A DNA stretch of 64,000 bases from the human T2T-CHM13v2.0 reference genome, Homo sapiens (GCF_009914755.1 NC_060932.1), one strand, 5' to 3'; positions 13,721-30,529 are shown, numbered from the stretch's first letter. Made by a program: numbers and translations. Notes: a model not told the origin generated them from the letters alone.

Positions 13721-15799
13721 CTCTGCAACATTTTCTAAGTCGGTATAGAAGCTCTTTGAACCACCTTTTCAGTCAAAGAACTCATGAAAAAGTCCTCCAA
13801 GAACTTGTGACCTTCTGGAAATTGTCAAAATCTCTACAGGTGTCCAGAGTCATCTAGATCTGTATTGCAAGCCACTGACTGGGTTCCAACATTATTAAAG
13901 CAAATGCAAAATATGCCATGCCCACCAAAAAAAATCCAGAAGCCATGGTATTTAGCTGTTTCCATCTTTCTTGCCTCCTGCACGTGGGAGAGTACTGAGT
14001 ATCATGCCCTCCTACAGCCTCTGGAGGACATGCCAATGTCTAGGGGTACCAGTAGAGAGGGGCCATGAAAGACAGATGACAGCCAGGTTGCTGGGAATGA
14101 CATTGTCCTGGGGCTTATTGCTTGTCATGAACTCTGCCACTGGGCAACATATGCAGGTGTGGACCCGTGCCTTCTCTGGATCCCTGCCCCATCAGCCAGC
14201 TGTCTTATCTCCTGAAAGCTGATAGGTGTTGGTCAGCATGGTGTTCCAGGACCAGGGTTATATTAACATTCTCTCTTAGGCTGAAACACCAGAAGTTAAC
14301 ACAGGAGTCCCCAGGTGTGCACATACTGACCTCCAGATTGTTTTTCTTCTCGTTCTAGATGTTCATCCTTGCTTTTTGGGACTTGAAATAACCCTACACA
14401 GCCAAATATTTATGCCTATTATCCACTTATGGAAAACTTATATGTCCCAAGTCCATAGGGTTAGTATTATTATCACTATTAAAACCATTAGTACTAGTAT
14501 CATGATGATCATTATTCCTGTTAATATCCATCAATATTTTTACTACTGCCATTGTTAATATGGATTTTTCATTATTGTACAGCAATGAATATAGTTTATC
14601 CATTCACAAATGGTGTTCAGTTACCAAAGATGACTACAAGGCATGTTCTACAGACATATACACACACAGCTGTCCTGGAGACCCAGCTTTGCCACCAATT
14701 GCTCTTTCATAAGATGAGATCCCCCAGTACCCACCAGTTTTTCAGGACTCGACCTGAGCTGGCTCAGCTAGACCTGGAAAAGTTTCCTATGCCCAAATGT
14801 ACTTGGAAAAATTTTAAAGTCTCTTCAGAGGCCCAGTAATAGCTTTTGGCAGCTTCTAAGACCAGGGAGGGTTTCTTGGCCATTCAGAGCCATTCAAATA
14901 TTCCAAGTAAACTCAAGGATCCAGAAACCCCACTTGCAGTCATGAAATACCAGTGAATGGCCTCTGTGAGTCTCTTCAAGGTTTTCAAAGATGACTGCCT
15001 GAGAAGGCTGGCCAGGAAGTCACCCAAGCCCAACCTTCTGCAGGACGTTCTATGACAGCCAGGGACCCAGGGAATTGCCATTGAACAGAAGGGAGGAACA
15101 GAGACGGCATGCCTGAGCTTCTGGAAACATTCTAAGTGCCCTTGTTGGCCCAGAAAAGACTGGTGCTACCATATGAGGCACAGACTTGGCAACCTACCTA
15201 CTCCAGGAACCACAGAAGGTTTAAAGGTTCCCAGGAAGTCCCAGGAAGGGCAGCCATAGCCCTTTAGAGCCATCAGATTTTATTCTAAGTCTACTTGGGA
15301 GACAGTGCTCTTAGCTTCATAAAAACACCAGTGGAGGTGCTAACACTTGCCCCAGTATCCAGTCTTTTCTACCTCATCTCAGAGCCAGGAAGCCACTATT
15401 TCCCAAAGCTGCTGTGCAATGAAAGGGGAATATTCTAGGTGCTCTCCTGTGCCCACGAAATTCTGTGGCTGCGCTGAAAGGCAGGAGATGTCCTCCGGAA
15501 TGCTCTTCAGAAATCTGACAACACTGGTCAAGATTAAAGAAGCTCAATTCAACGTCATACAAAACCAATCCCAAATATATATATATGCATAGTGAGACAA
15601 AATGATGAACACATCTGCTAATAATCATGAATGACAATAATAACAACAATGATGATCTTAGTGATAATGCCACCAACACTGTTAATGGCAATAACAATAA
15701 ACCTGAGGTAATGAGTGTTAGGGTCCCGATTCACCGATGTGAAGGATGGCGGCAATTTCTGGCCTCACAGAAATAAAGGAAAAGTAAACACCTGGAGGA

Positions 15800-16420
15800 G
15801 GAGGAGGTGAACCTGGAGCTCCCGCCGGCCTCTGGGCGCTCCTTGGTGGAAGGAGAGGGACTTGGTCCTGAGCCTGCCCCGGATCCACCTACACCAGAAT
15901 CCCAGAGTCCCAGTCCCTGGATGGGCTCAGTCCCAACCAGGCCAGACGCCCCGGAGCCCCGTAGCCCGGGTCCTCCAGCCCTCGCTGCCGCCGCTTCTCG
16001 CGGAGCCGGGGCCGCCCCCGCGCCACCTCAGCCTCTGCGGGGCTCTGGGAGGGCAGCGCCGAGGATGCTCCGGGGCCAGCGGGGGCATCCGGGCCCAGAG
16101 GGGGTATCCGGCCTCAGGCGGATACTGACGCCCTGAGGGCGCGGAATAGGGCGGCCTGCGCAGGGCCCGCCGTCTCGGCCTTGCAAAAACAGCGGCCTCT
16201 TCAAAGCCCCTACCGGAACCTCCCCGGAGGCCCCAGCCTCAAAGCCAGGGCGATGGCGCTTCCCTGACCATGGGTGAAGAAAACTCAGGTCCTCCCTGGA
16301 GACCCGGCCCGCCGCGGGAGGCAGACCGCGCATGCGCCCTGCATGGCCGGAAAGATGGGTTTCATTGCCCTCTGTCGGCCATGAGGTGGCAGCACAGGAC
16401 GTTTGGCCTTAGCGGTGGAC
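15800..16420 (-). promoter_or_regulatory. CpG island promoter / first exon of a leftward lncRNA (FAM66 family, probably FAM66B)
   Basis: The only strongly GC/CpG-rich block in the window. It has GC boxes and an NRF1-like palindrome cgcgcatgcgc at ~16327-16337. The FAM66 call is inferred from the known USP17L-FAM66-ZNF705 gene order. Confidence 0.7.
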
Positions 16421-18809
16421 CTGAGTCTGAATCACTGAAATTCAGGTGTAGATTATTCAGTACTTTTCTTTTGGAAGATCAAATGGAAATTGAGTATGAT
16501 ACCTTGTGCTTTAATTAAAGAAGATGGAAATAAAGAAGCAAATTCAAAAATCAGTATACAAAAGCCGATTGATTCCCTCTATGTGGAGGGAAGACGAGCT
16601 TGAATAAGAGAAGCATTCTGTGTTACGCTTTAATAATGGCTGGAGATCTGCCACCATGCATTTGTCAAATCCCATAGAATTTCACAGCACAAATAGTACA
16701 TCTTAATGTGGTTCAGGAGTACATATAATGTCAGTCACAGTTTGTGGGTAAATTACATATTTAATTAAATAGATTAAACAATAAATAATGATATGAGCTC
16801 TGCCTGGACACAGTCCTTGCCTCTCCAACCAGTTTGCCAAGGGCTTGAATTTCTTGCTCATTATCCTCACACTTGACATAAACCCTGGCTGCAGAGTAAA
16901 ATCAATCACTTGTAGAGATTTTAAAATATAATGATGTGTCAACTTCAACCATGGATAAGGCCATTTAGCCTTAGTAAGGCCGATCGTATTAAGATTGTGC
17001 CTGTTTGGCAAAATTTCAAGTCATCCCACTTAATATTCAGGAAACATTTTCTCTTCAGTTTTAGGTTCAGTGGTGAGGCTCCTTCACGGACAATACATTT
17101 TTCAATTCTGAGGACAAGGCAGAGGAGGGCCCCTCTGTGAGAACTTTCATTTTGCTTCAGGAAAAGTACATCGAATCAAATATAGGAAAGGCTTGCAAGG
17201 TGGCTGACAGGTTCGGCTGTTTTATCATGCTGGTGTTTTATCTTCTGGACTGCAGTAAAAGGAGCACAGCTGTGTCTGTCTCTGTGTAATAACTCAGGAC
17301 TTACCAGAATAAAATGTGGGGTGTTATGAGATGAACTGCTACTTCCAGTTAGAGAGGCTCCAGGGACAAAATTTCAAGAGTCTTCTGAGGGATAGAAGAG
17401 AAGAGCTGCCTTATTCTCTGATCCCAGTTAACTGCCTAGAGACAGAGGAAAGGGCTGCGGACACCCAAATGCATATACAAGGTGTCTTTGATACAGCCTC
17501 CATTTCCCTGCTAAATCTATGCAATGACACACTGAGAAATCTAGCAAGTGGGGCTGAAGATCCCTGGTGTGTCAACTCGAGGGTTGGATGGAAACAAGTG
17601 GTTTTAGTGGACGTTGAAGTAAAGGGAGGTGAGCTGTGAGGAAAGAGCTGTTGAAGACTGGGGAGACTCAGAAGTTGGGGTAGAATCTCGACCAAGAATC
17701 TCACCCAAGGAGTGCAGGTGCAAATCCATTTGTTAGGGCCGCATAAATGAAACAAGGGCTTTGCCAACATACTAAGTTTTTTCAACAACAGATTGTATTC
17801 TTTCAATATTTGTAAGTATTGATCTTTTGGAAAAGTTTAATGAGATTTCTTATATAATTCTGCACGCAATTTATTCCCTGGTCACTTTGCTATTATGCAT
17901 TTACATGCCACATTTTTATGAATAGATATTTTCTCAAATTTCTGAATTATTTTGCTAAAGTATGTGTTAAGAGTTTTTTCTAGGGGTCCAACTTCTTGAC
18001 TCACTTTTCTGATGAGAAATCTATCAGGTTTCTCCACAGTGATTTTCAAGTTTGATAGCTCCTCAATGTGAGAAACTCAATGTCAACTAAGAAATGAATT
18101 ACCACTAAAGAATTTTCTCCTTTCAAGATGCTAACCATGTTTTGTCCAGTGAGAAATCTCACATGTGCCACATGTGTTGCTCTATGAAGAAAGGATTTCT
18201 CATGATTTTTCATTGCATAACTTCTCCAGTAAGAAGTATTTGGTATTCCAAGAGAATTCATTGCCCTTGGAAAGATTTTCCCTTCTTATTTAGCTCATGA
18301 AGGCTTTCCTCTCTTATTTTCCATTTTAGCAGCATTTTGTCACTCTTCTCTTGTGAACATCAAGCCTGGTGCTTGGCTGAATGTTCATTCACAGAAAATA
18401 CAAATAAAGGGTTCATCCAAGTAAAGTTTTCTCATGTTATTTGACAATAAATTGCAAATAAAAACATTTTCACACTGAATGCAGAGTTAGAGATTCTCTA
18501 CCTGAAAGTCCCACATGTTTTAAGTTATAGCTGTTGCTGAAGACTTTTAGTTGATTATATTGACAGTTTCAGCTCTCTCATGTCACTTATGCTCAGATCA
18601 CTAACAAGTCTTTGGTACATACATGTCATACAATTTCTCTTCCATATGAATTTATTGATGTGGACTGAAGAATAAAGGTAACTGAAGTATCTTCCATGTT
18701 GATTACAGTATTTCTTCAAAATGTGAGTCCTTTGGCATGTTTAGATGCTACAACTACAGCTGAAGTCTCTTCCACATTCCTTACCTTTGTCATTCCTAAC
18801 ACCGTGTCA

Positions 18810-19565
<756 letters not shown>

Positions 19566-19670
19566 TTAATGGTTTACCCACATATATCTATACATTCATT
19601 TCACTACCTTTGAATCCTAGACCAACCATTCAGTGGTAGACCCCAGTTGAAAGCTTTCCAATGTTTCTTG

Positions 19671-20266
19671 TGTGAAAGGAAATTAAATTTTGGGACCCCA
19701 AACTCATTTAACCAAAGGGAAAAATCAAGCTGGGAACTGGGTCACACAAACCTGCCTCCCCCTTCTGGTTCCTAAATAATATGGCTACAAGATGAAAAGC
19801 TACACGCCTCCCCCATATTTTGCCCATGAGGAAATTCCTCATGAGCTGTTAAAATTGCACCATGGCAATGCAAACTGATAACTTTTCTTTACAAGTGCAG
19901 TCATCCCCAGTTCACCAGGCACAAATGCATATTGATTGTCTCCCTGCCCCATTTTGCCTATGTTGTCTTATGTAAAATGCAGCTTTCCTGCATTATTCCT
20001 CTGCCTCATTTGTTTATGTCATCTTATGTAAAAAAATCCAGATTCACTGAGCCAGAAAAATGCATGAATGACTATTTTTTCTACCCACCTTTTACATGAA
20101 AATTGTGTACTTCTCAATATCCCACCCTTTCCCCTTTAAATTTGGAGCCTTCAAAATCATCTTTGGAGAAAGGCATACACCTGTCCCCTGGGTGCATGTC
20201 CTTAACTTTGGCAAATAAATCTCCTAAAATGATTGAGACTTGTCTTGTCATTTTTCTCGATTGACA
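19671..20266 (+). mobile_element. Solo ERV1 LTR (MER4 family) in ZNF705 intron, antisense to the gene
   Basis: Starts TGTGAAAGGAAATTAAATTTTGGGACCCCAAACTC, AATAAA at ~20214, ends ..GATTGACA; near-TSD cttg/attg. Confidence 0.8.
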
Positions 20267-20563
20267 ATTGCATACACATTATCTCCTGCAGACACAGATA
20301 TGTTCTCTTCTGTAACATCTCAACTGCAGCGTTATTGCATAATTGTGTTGATATCAATATCTTTCGATGACTGGGCATGAGCAATGTATATGCACTTGTT
20401 CTATTTTAGAGATCTCATGTTATGGTTTAGAACACAGGTCAATGTATTCACTAAATTCAAAGTATCCAATTTTTTTTTTTTGCTTAGAAAACACTTAATG
20501 CCAGCTTAATTACACTCAGGTGATTGTGCTTCATTACTAACTTAATCCATTAACATGTCTTTA

Positions 20564-20797
<234 letters not shown>

Positions 20798-21194
20798 TCA
20801 AATGAAGAAACTACTTGAATAGAAGAAATAGATTGTACAGTGTCAGCAATTAGAAAATATTTTTAAAATTAAAATGTGAAAAGAGTTAAAATGGAGATGA
20901 GATATCAGGCAGGTAAAAAGAGGGATAGTCTTCACAGGGGTATCAGGAAAAGAGTCAGCATATGAAAGTTTAACCCCAGCCAAGTACATGAATTATCCTT
21001 TTCCCAAAAGTGAAAGAAAAGAAAAAAAAGAGGACACAAGAGTAGCATCTGACACATGAACAAAATGATAATAACATCTAAGGAATTCTGCTCCAGTAGC
21101 CTAACCTACATTTTAGAAATTATCACTCATTTAATAAAACCACTAATTAATATTCAACTGATATTATTCATTGACAAAGCACCTCCTCCTATTA

Positions 21195-21365
<171 letters not shown>

Positions 21366-22061
21366 TTATCACCAAGTGTAATGCAGGCTATCAAGGAAGA
21401 ATAAAAACAGTGAAGGTCAGCTCAGGCCACAAGACCTAGAACACAGAAAACTCCCCAGGATTTTTCTGACCCAATATGAGACTACAAAATAAATCCAAAC
21501 CAAAGGTCCATCAGGAAAAGGAAATTCAAAACAGTCAGGACCTATGAATGCTGAGTCCATGCCTAAGTTCCAAGACGCAATGCATAATACACAATCTTTT
21601 CAGAAAGAGAGTAATTATATCTCTGCACAGTGTGTTTACTATTATTCTCACGCACAACAAAAAAAAACATTCGATTTACAAAAATAATTGGTGTTCTATA
21701 TGGAAAAGATATTGCTATTGTTTTCCCTAATTGGTCTCAGCCTAAGCATAGACTAAAGCAGAAGAGTTATTTAGAAAATATTTAATTTAATACACTGAAA
21801 ACATTCATTAAGTTCCCAGGTCTGTTATGAGTATTAGAGACTGAGTACCAAAGAAACCATGAAATCCTTGTCAAGACTACATTCTAATTGAGTGACAAAC
21901 TAAATAAAATAAAATAAAAAGAAAGATATTTATTTCAGATAGATTTAGAGAGTTCAAACCTTTTTCAGATGAGATCTGTGAGAGAATCAGAGAAGAGATT
22001 AGAGTGAGATATGGGGAAGCTGTTTTAACACTTATTGAATGAATGAGTGAATGTGTCTCTA

Positions 22062-22217
<156 letters not shown>

Positions 22218-23915
22218 CTAAAACATCACAGACATTTTAGTTTAGACAGAGAAATTCCTTTCAATGTCCGGAAGAGGAAGGCTGAGATGACATAGCTAGC
22301 AGCTGGGTATGCAGAATACTCAGTGTTTTGGGTTCCAGCCAGTTCATTCTCAGTACTAAGCTGGTATCTGCCTTTCAGATTCACTCACAGAGATATACCC
22401 ACTCTGAATCCATTAAAGTTTACTATAAAGAAATATCACATGAGGTGTGGCATAATATAACCCAGATATTTTTCAGTAATGTGTTAATCACCTCTACATA
22501 ACTGATTATAAAATTTTCACTTGAACATTCATAAATAAAATGAAATTTACCATGAATTTCAAGTAAATTACAGATTTGTCACAAGGCAAATAACCATGAT
22601 TTACTACTTCTTAAGCATGACTCTGATGAAATAAATTATTTCTCCAGATGAACCACAGGTTTCTCACCAATCAAATGGTTAAAAGACCTATGATGTGTTT
22701 TGAATAATCTAATGAACTAATAGAAAACGTGTTTCCTATCTAGCAAATATTTATTAAATATAAGTCATTGGTCCCTTATTCATTAAAAAGTTAGAAAGTA
22801 ATGACCCAGACTCCAGCATTCTTCAGAACTGAACAAGCTTTATGCAGAATATAGGATTCAATTCATATATATAGTCTCTCTAATGTTATATAATTCAGGT
22901 ATTCATGACAAGGCTTAAAGACAGTCTAGCAGCACAAGACAAGACCGCTGAGGCTGCTATACTGAGGAAATCTTAGTCCGATGATTCCTGTGATATGAAG
23001 CTTTCTGTTCTCAACTTTCTCTCGGCAATCCAAACATCAGTTATCATCGTTTCTCTTTTAAATTTACCTTCTCACTACACTTGTTCAAAGATTTAAAAAG
23101 CCTCTTCATTGTTTTTTTTCTAACCAGCCCTTATAAAGCATTTCCACAGAACCCTAAATTGTACTCTATCTACTATATTCCTTCTTCTGAGTGTGCAACC
23201 ATAATTAAATAATTATATTTCTTATATGTTACTTTTACTTACCAGAAGGCAAAAAGGTTAATTACCAAAAGGTAAAGTGAATGGGGATAAGAATAATAAT
23301 GACTTCTTTAGTTGTCCTTTCACAAAGTTTTTAAAAGCTCAAATACATTTTATCAAACTCTTCTTTTCCCTCAACACTGCACAGCTCTTGTCCAAGTCCT
23401 ATCACACTGGATTTATTGAACTCAGCTGCTAGAACATCAGACTCATTGTTGGGCTGTGATGTTCTGCTCTTCACTCATCTCTATCGCCTGCATTAATCAC
23501 AATCCTAAGTCTATTTCAGGCAACAGTATAGTTAATGGGTCAATTATTTCCCTATGAGATTATAGGATGGATAGAAGAAAAAGAAATATATAAATGAAAC
23601 CTCTCATATCTTTTTTTGTAAATAGCCTTAATAGGGGCTGGAATAAAGTAGTGTAATATTAGAAATTATATTGATAATTTCGGAGTCTTTGACACACGAT
23701 ACCCAACCTAGAGTCCTGAGAAAACTTAATGGGGGGCCAGATACCTGAAAGCCTCCTGATTGCATTTGGAACACCCAGGCAGGGTGGATTTTACATCATA
23801 AAAACAAACAAACAAAAAAAGAATAAAAATGAAACACCCATGCAAATTGGAGAAAACTGCCCATTTGCCAGCAATATGGGTATAATTTCAGTAGAAAGAG
23901 GCATCCCCTACTCAC

Positions 23916-23927
23916 TAGTGAATGCAT
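23916..23927 (-). CDS. ZNF705G: ZNF705 first coding exon (MHSL; whole exon 23916-23988)
   Basis: acaATGCATTCACTA|gtgagt; upstream acceptor cttttcttag at 23989. Confidence 0.85.
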
Positions 23928-24519
23928 TGTCAGGAACTCAGTTTCTCTCTGTCTTCCTCTGGATTTCCACTTGCAGACACTTTAGGCACTAAGAAAAGCT
24001 GAGGTTGGAGAAAGAACATGTGAGACACCAGTCTTGTGCACAATTTTCAGATCAATCTGTGATGAAAAGCCAGACTTTCACTGAAGTGTGACACCAGCTG
24101 CACCACAGCCTAACCAACAGACACAAACATGCAGAGGCCTCTCCTCTTTTCCCGTGGTCAAAATTAAGAAGCCTATGACTATGGTTGCTAATAAAGAAGG
24201 AACACAGATATCTTGTGAATGAGAACATCAAAAGCACGGAGTTTTGTATGTTAATTGGCACAAGTCCAGATATTCAATTCCCTCACTGATTTTAAAACAC
24301 AGGGATCCCTGACTCCATCCACATGTGGAATATGATTTCCACCTATAGATAAACACTGGGATTTCTCAGATTTTATTATCCTAGCTTTATGCCCTAGCAA
24401 CGTTTCTCCAACACCCACCACAGCCTTCTGAAGCCTTACTCCACTTTTATTTTCACTCAACTCTGACTTTTGTATTTCCCCTTGGAACTTGGAAATAATC
24501 AAGTAAGAATCTGTTTTAG

Positions 24520-24818
<299 letters not shown>

Positions 24819-26313
24819 TTAGGATGGGGATAATCAATTGAGGGATTTATTTCACTTAGAGGGTCAACACTCCCATCCTGCTAATATAGCCCTTAAAATC
24901 TCCTGCATCAGAAATTAGCAGGAGTACCCCGAGTCATGGTGTTTCTCTCCTGTGTATACAGTCACAATCCTCTAGGATGCTCAGAAAATACAAAATGACT
25001 TAGGAGAGGGAGAAATTTAGCAGCTCAATCTGATATTTTACTAACGTGGTATCTAAAATTCTTGCAATCATGGTTTATATTAGTCTTTGTTAGTTGCAAT
25101 ATCTCTGATTATCATGATACATATTTGCTGAGAAATACCGATGTCCATGTATACATTCGTACATAGATATGTAGATATATAGGTGCATATGTTTATATGA
25201 ATGTATGTGTTTGAGACAGGGGGAAACATGCATGTATTATTTCCCTGCTAAAAATATAAAAATAATTAAATATATTTTATGTACAAATGATAATTATGTG
25301 TCATAAACAAAAAATTTACTGACCCATTTGTACATGAAGTCCAGGAAAAATAAAAAGAGTAACTTTGTATTAATTGTGACATTGTGCTTACAGATGTACA
25401 TATATTTCCTTATTTAACCCTCATAATAACCCTGCTGATTACAGTTTATTTACCAATTTAATAAATGATCAACAGAGTTTGAAAAATATGACAAAATTAC
25501 AAAATTAGAAAATGACCCAGCAATACTTTTAATTATATTCTGCGTGTCGCTGCCTCTTCTTGCTTTTTGACAAAATTACTCCCCTAACCAACGTTCTCTA
25601 TGATTCTGGGGACTCCAGTATTTAGACCCCAGGTCCCAAACATCATTGTGTCTATTTTTACTGCCACATTTAATGCACATTTACAGACTTCAACAAGCAC
25701 TTTTCAATATCAACTTTTTTCTTATTCCTTGGACTATTTTCTACATCTGTTCATCAAGATTCCAGTAACATATGACTCCATCTGCCTGTCCCTTCCATGA
25801 ATGTACCTGACAGTACATGTATTATGTAGTCTATAATTCAAGCAGAACAGCTATTCCTTCAAAAAAATAAGATATTAGAGAATGCCTACAAAGCTTCAGT
25901 GAAACCAGCTGTAACCCTTAATATTATTACCAAGTAAACTCTTCCTCGAATATCAAAATAAGATTTGGGCTTTAGAGAATATTTGTGTGTAATTATAACC
26001 CAAACATGAATGAAAAGTCATTTAACTGGTCATATACAGACTGTGCCAGGGACAAAGAAAGGACAAATATTATAAGAAAGTTAAAGCATACTTATTTCAT
26101 AAAGGACTCTTGTGTGGAATCTATAAAAACTATTTCAAGATGTAGAGATTAAATATATTTAAAAACACATACATACACAAGCAATCTTTAGGAGAAACTT
26201 AAAAACTTATGTTATGGGTCTAAAATTTTCATTAATTCGTGGAAAAAAATGTATTGACAAACTTTTCACCAGAGCAGAAATAACAACTTATGTATTTGGT
26301 GACTTCAAGATGA

Positions 26314-26650
<337 letters not shown>

Positions 26651-27116
26651 CAGATCTCTTAAAAAGTCAAGAGGAAGGAACCATTCTGCATCCTCAATAT
26701 TACCTTAATATTTTAAGGACACCCGTAAAAATTAAGAGGCCGACTTGTGACTTCCTAGCCCTTTCACGGCTATTTAGACACAACTTAGTGAAGTATTAGG
26801 AATGCATTATTAGGTCTTAAGTTCCTGGACAACAAAACCATGTTCTCCAACAGATCTTCAGTAAAAATAACTGATGTCTATATTGTTTTGCCTGTCCTTT
26901 CCCTTCCTTTAATTCAGAACTGCAGTCTCGAAAAGTGCTATTATTTAGTAGATTCTCTCACTTCTCAACACCAGTGCTATACAATGTTGAATGACATCTC
27001 AGGTGCTAGGGAAACAGCAGCTGACATTCTAGCAATGAACAAATAGAAAAGCAAAGATCACCACAGAGTAAAAGAGAATAGATTTTTTTAAAGTATGAAA
27101 CCAAAACGAATATATA

Positions 27117-27216
27117 TCAGATTACACTATAAATGGAAAATCCTATTATCTTGACGGGATTGCAAGTCAGATTACACTATAAATGGAAAATCCTATTATC
27201 TTGACAGGATTGCAAG
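27117..27216. repeat. Tandem duplication, 2 x 50 bp
   Basis: tcagattacactataaatggaaaatcctattatcttgac(g/a)ggattgcaag twice, one mismatch. Confidence 0.95.
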
Positions 27217-28191
27217 CCTCTCATGGCTTCCAACATCCAATATATTCAAAGCAGTTCAGGAATGGTGAAAGTGGAATGGAATTTAAAATTATTCTAAGGT
27301 TTTATGTGTGAAAGCACCATGCCCTGAAACAAAACATTTATTTTTAAAGTGCATAATGAACACTGCATACAAAGTTTGTGTAACAGGAGAGAGGAAAAAT
27401 CTCACATTTTAAAAAAAGGAATATGCAACATATTTAGATACAATAAAATAAAATTAAATTAAAATACAGCAATAGAAGACAGAATCTAACATCTGAAAAT
27501 CAAGGGAGAAATCTATTTTAAAGAAACTTGGCGCAATTTTTAAAGTACATGATGAAAAATAATAATACCTGAGTATAGTACGTAAAAGTACCAATACAAT
27601 AAAGCTAAAACAATATCCATGGACAAATTATTTGCTGTACGTTATTTTTAAAAAATAATCTAAGTACTTACCTCAATAAGGTAAATGAATGAAATTTAAA
27701 CATTGCTTGAGAAAATCTGAGAAAGGAGATGAATATAGAGAAGCAGAATATAATTTAACTATAAACCACACAAATAGAATTTAAAAATAAGTGGTAGCCA
27801 ACATGCCCAACACGATTTTCTGTGATGAAAGAAATTCTCTATATCTGCATTGTCCAATGCAGTAACTACCACACATATGTAGTTACAGAATTTCTAGATT
27901 GGCCACGACTTTGGCTATTACTACTAAGGATATGCCATTTAGTTATTTAATTATAATTTATTTACAGTTTATAGTCACATGTGACTAGTAGTTACTATTT
28001 TGGCCAATACAGATCTAGAATCTTGGAGGAGGCAGTTAAAATAATGAGATATGGTCAAAACAAAAATGGAAAAGGCACACAAATAGTGAACACAGAATAT
28101 GAGAATGTGAAGTAACAATTCACACAATAAAATGTAATAATGAGATGCTGCCTTGATGGGACAAATGTCTAATGATATACAAGGCTTGTCT

Positions 28192-28869
28192 TGTTACAGG
28201 TAGAAGAGCATGAGCAGGGCAGGAGAGGGCTCTTCCCCTACCCACTAGAAATGTCAGGTGATGGCCTGTCAATTATCACATTTCCTCTCTAAAAATGATA
28301 ATTAGGCAGCACCAGAGAGAGGCCGTTTCCTGATGGTCTACACCTGTTAACATCAAAAATGTGAGTTAAATGCAGACCCCAGGAAGAAGCAACTTCTTGG
28401 GCGTGCATGTTAAGAGACAAAAATGGCAAAGCATAATCTTCCGGGGGCACGCTCCACCGGAAAAGGAAAGAAAGCTTCAGATGGACATGCATATAACTCC
28501 CTAAACACAACGTGCATGCTCAATTTCAAAGGGTAAGGAAAGCACTGTGCATGCCGGAAACTCTCCCTAAAGGACGAATCACGGGAAAGAGGAAAACCCA
28601 ACGCAGGATCAAGGTTAAAGGCTCTTCTCTTTTCTTTCTTGGACCTTCAGGCATCTGCTCGGGTCTCTTCCAAGAGAATTTTCCTCTCCTTCCTGTTCTA
28701 AAGCCTTTTTAAATAAACTTCCACTCCTGCTCTGAAACTTACCGCTCAGTCTCTTTTTCCACTGTATGCCCTTCGGTCGAATTCTTTCTTCTAGGAGGCA
28801 AGGACTGAAGTTGCTTATGGACCCATGCAGCTATGCTGCCAGTAACTGGAATCTCTTCTACTGGTAACA
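28192..28869 (+). mobile_element. Solo ERV1 LTR (MER50-like)
   Basis: TGTTACAGGTAG..CATGAGCAGGGCAGGAGAGGGC start, AATAAA at ~28712, ends ctggtaaCA. Confidence 0.78.
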
Positions 28870-29654
28870 GTATCATTGTAAGGGAATGAGGCCAGTTCAC
28901 ATCTCAGTGCTTGGAGAACTCACCAAAAATAAAAAGTTGGAGGATGCAGTGAACTTATCTACCTTCCAAGGCAAGTCCCACAAGCAAGCAGCAAGACTCT
29001 TTCCCCAAGGTCTTAAAGTCTTCAGATGCTCCTTCTCTGGGAAAATGCATCCTCTGATTGGCTTCCCCTTATATATGAAAAAAAAATTAATAAACCGAAT
29101 CACCACTACATTCCAAGAGACATGCCCTGATTGCACAGACACTGAATCTAATCAAAAACTTCATTCTGGAGACACTCCCTGTTCAATCTGATTGGATTTT
29201 TGAGACTACTACTAAAAACCCTCACATAAAGTTGGAAACCAAAGAGTTAAGGCTATTTTGAAGGAAAAATATGAACATTAATTCCTTTTTTTAATCATAA
29301 GTACTTTTGAGTGTATTATATGTACTAGAAAGCATTCGCAGTCAAGGGATACAACAAGAAACCAGACAAACTAGAGTCTTCTGGAGACTCTATATTCTAA
29401 AATTCTTTGGAGGTAAACTGGACTTGAAAACAAATGGAAGGCGAATAGATATAAAAAGTTTCAATGTTCATGATGATGTAAAAAAATAAAATACATTGCA
29501 GAAATGAAGTCAGGAAGTATTATAGGGGTCATGTAGTACTTGTAAGACCACTGGTATTGTCTGAAATTCAAGCAGGCTGCAGAAATTTGGGTAACTAAAA
29601 GGAAAGCAGATGCTAATAGAAGAAAATGAAGAAAGGGCCTCAAAGACATTTTAG

Positions 29655-30529
29655 AGACCTTGGCTGGTGGCAGCCCCTCTCCTCAAAGGCCTGGAGGCCT
29701 AGGAGGGAAGAATCATTTTGTGAGCTGGGCCCAGTGCAAGCACAGGACAGTGCTCACAGCAATCTAGGTCTCAGCCACTCCAGCTCCAGCCATGGCTAAA
29801 AGGGCCCCAGACATTGTTTGGGCCACCGCTTTAGAGGGTGCAAGCCACAAGCCTTGGCAATTTCCATGAGGTATTAAACCTGCAGGTGCACAAGGTACAG
29901 GAGTACACTGCTGATAAAGGTATACCTGAGACTGGGCAATTTACAAAAGAAAGAGGTTTAATTGGACTTACAGTTCCACATGGCTGGGGGGAGGCAGAAG
30001 GCAAAAGGCATGTCTTACATCACAGCAGGCAAGTGAGAGAATGACAGCCAAGCAAAACTGGTTTCCCCTTATCAAACCATCACAACTCGTGAGACTTATT
30101 CACTACCACGAGAACAGCATGGGAGAAACTGCCCCCATGATTCAGTTATCGCCACTGGGTCACCCCACAACATGTGGGAATTATGGGAGTAAAATTTGAG
30201 GTGAGATTTGGGCGGGGACACAGAGCCAAACCATATCAGAAGCCTTTGCCTGGATTTCTAAAGATGTATGGGAAAGCCTGTATGTCCAATAGAAGTCTGC
30301 TGGGGTGGAGACTTCATGGCAAATGTCTACTACAGCAGTGCAGAGGGAAAATGTGGCGTTGGAACCCCCACAGAGTCCACACTGGGGCACTGCCTAGTGG
30401 AGCTCTGAGAAGACAGCCACCATCCTCCAGACCCGAGAATGGTAGATCCACTGTCAGCTTGCACCCTGAGCCTGGAAAAGCTGCAGGCACTCAACACTGG
30501 CCCTTGACAGCAGCCATGGGGACTGACCC

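Noticed and set aside
15807-16518. Several 80-110 aa Pro/Gly/Arg-rich ORFs
   Set aside because: These are expected from stop-codon scarcity in a CpG island; no recognisable domain.
27117-27216. Direct repeats superficially like a CRISPR array
   Set aside because: There are only two adjacent copies with no spacers, in eukaryotic DNA.
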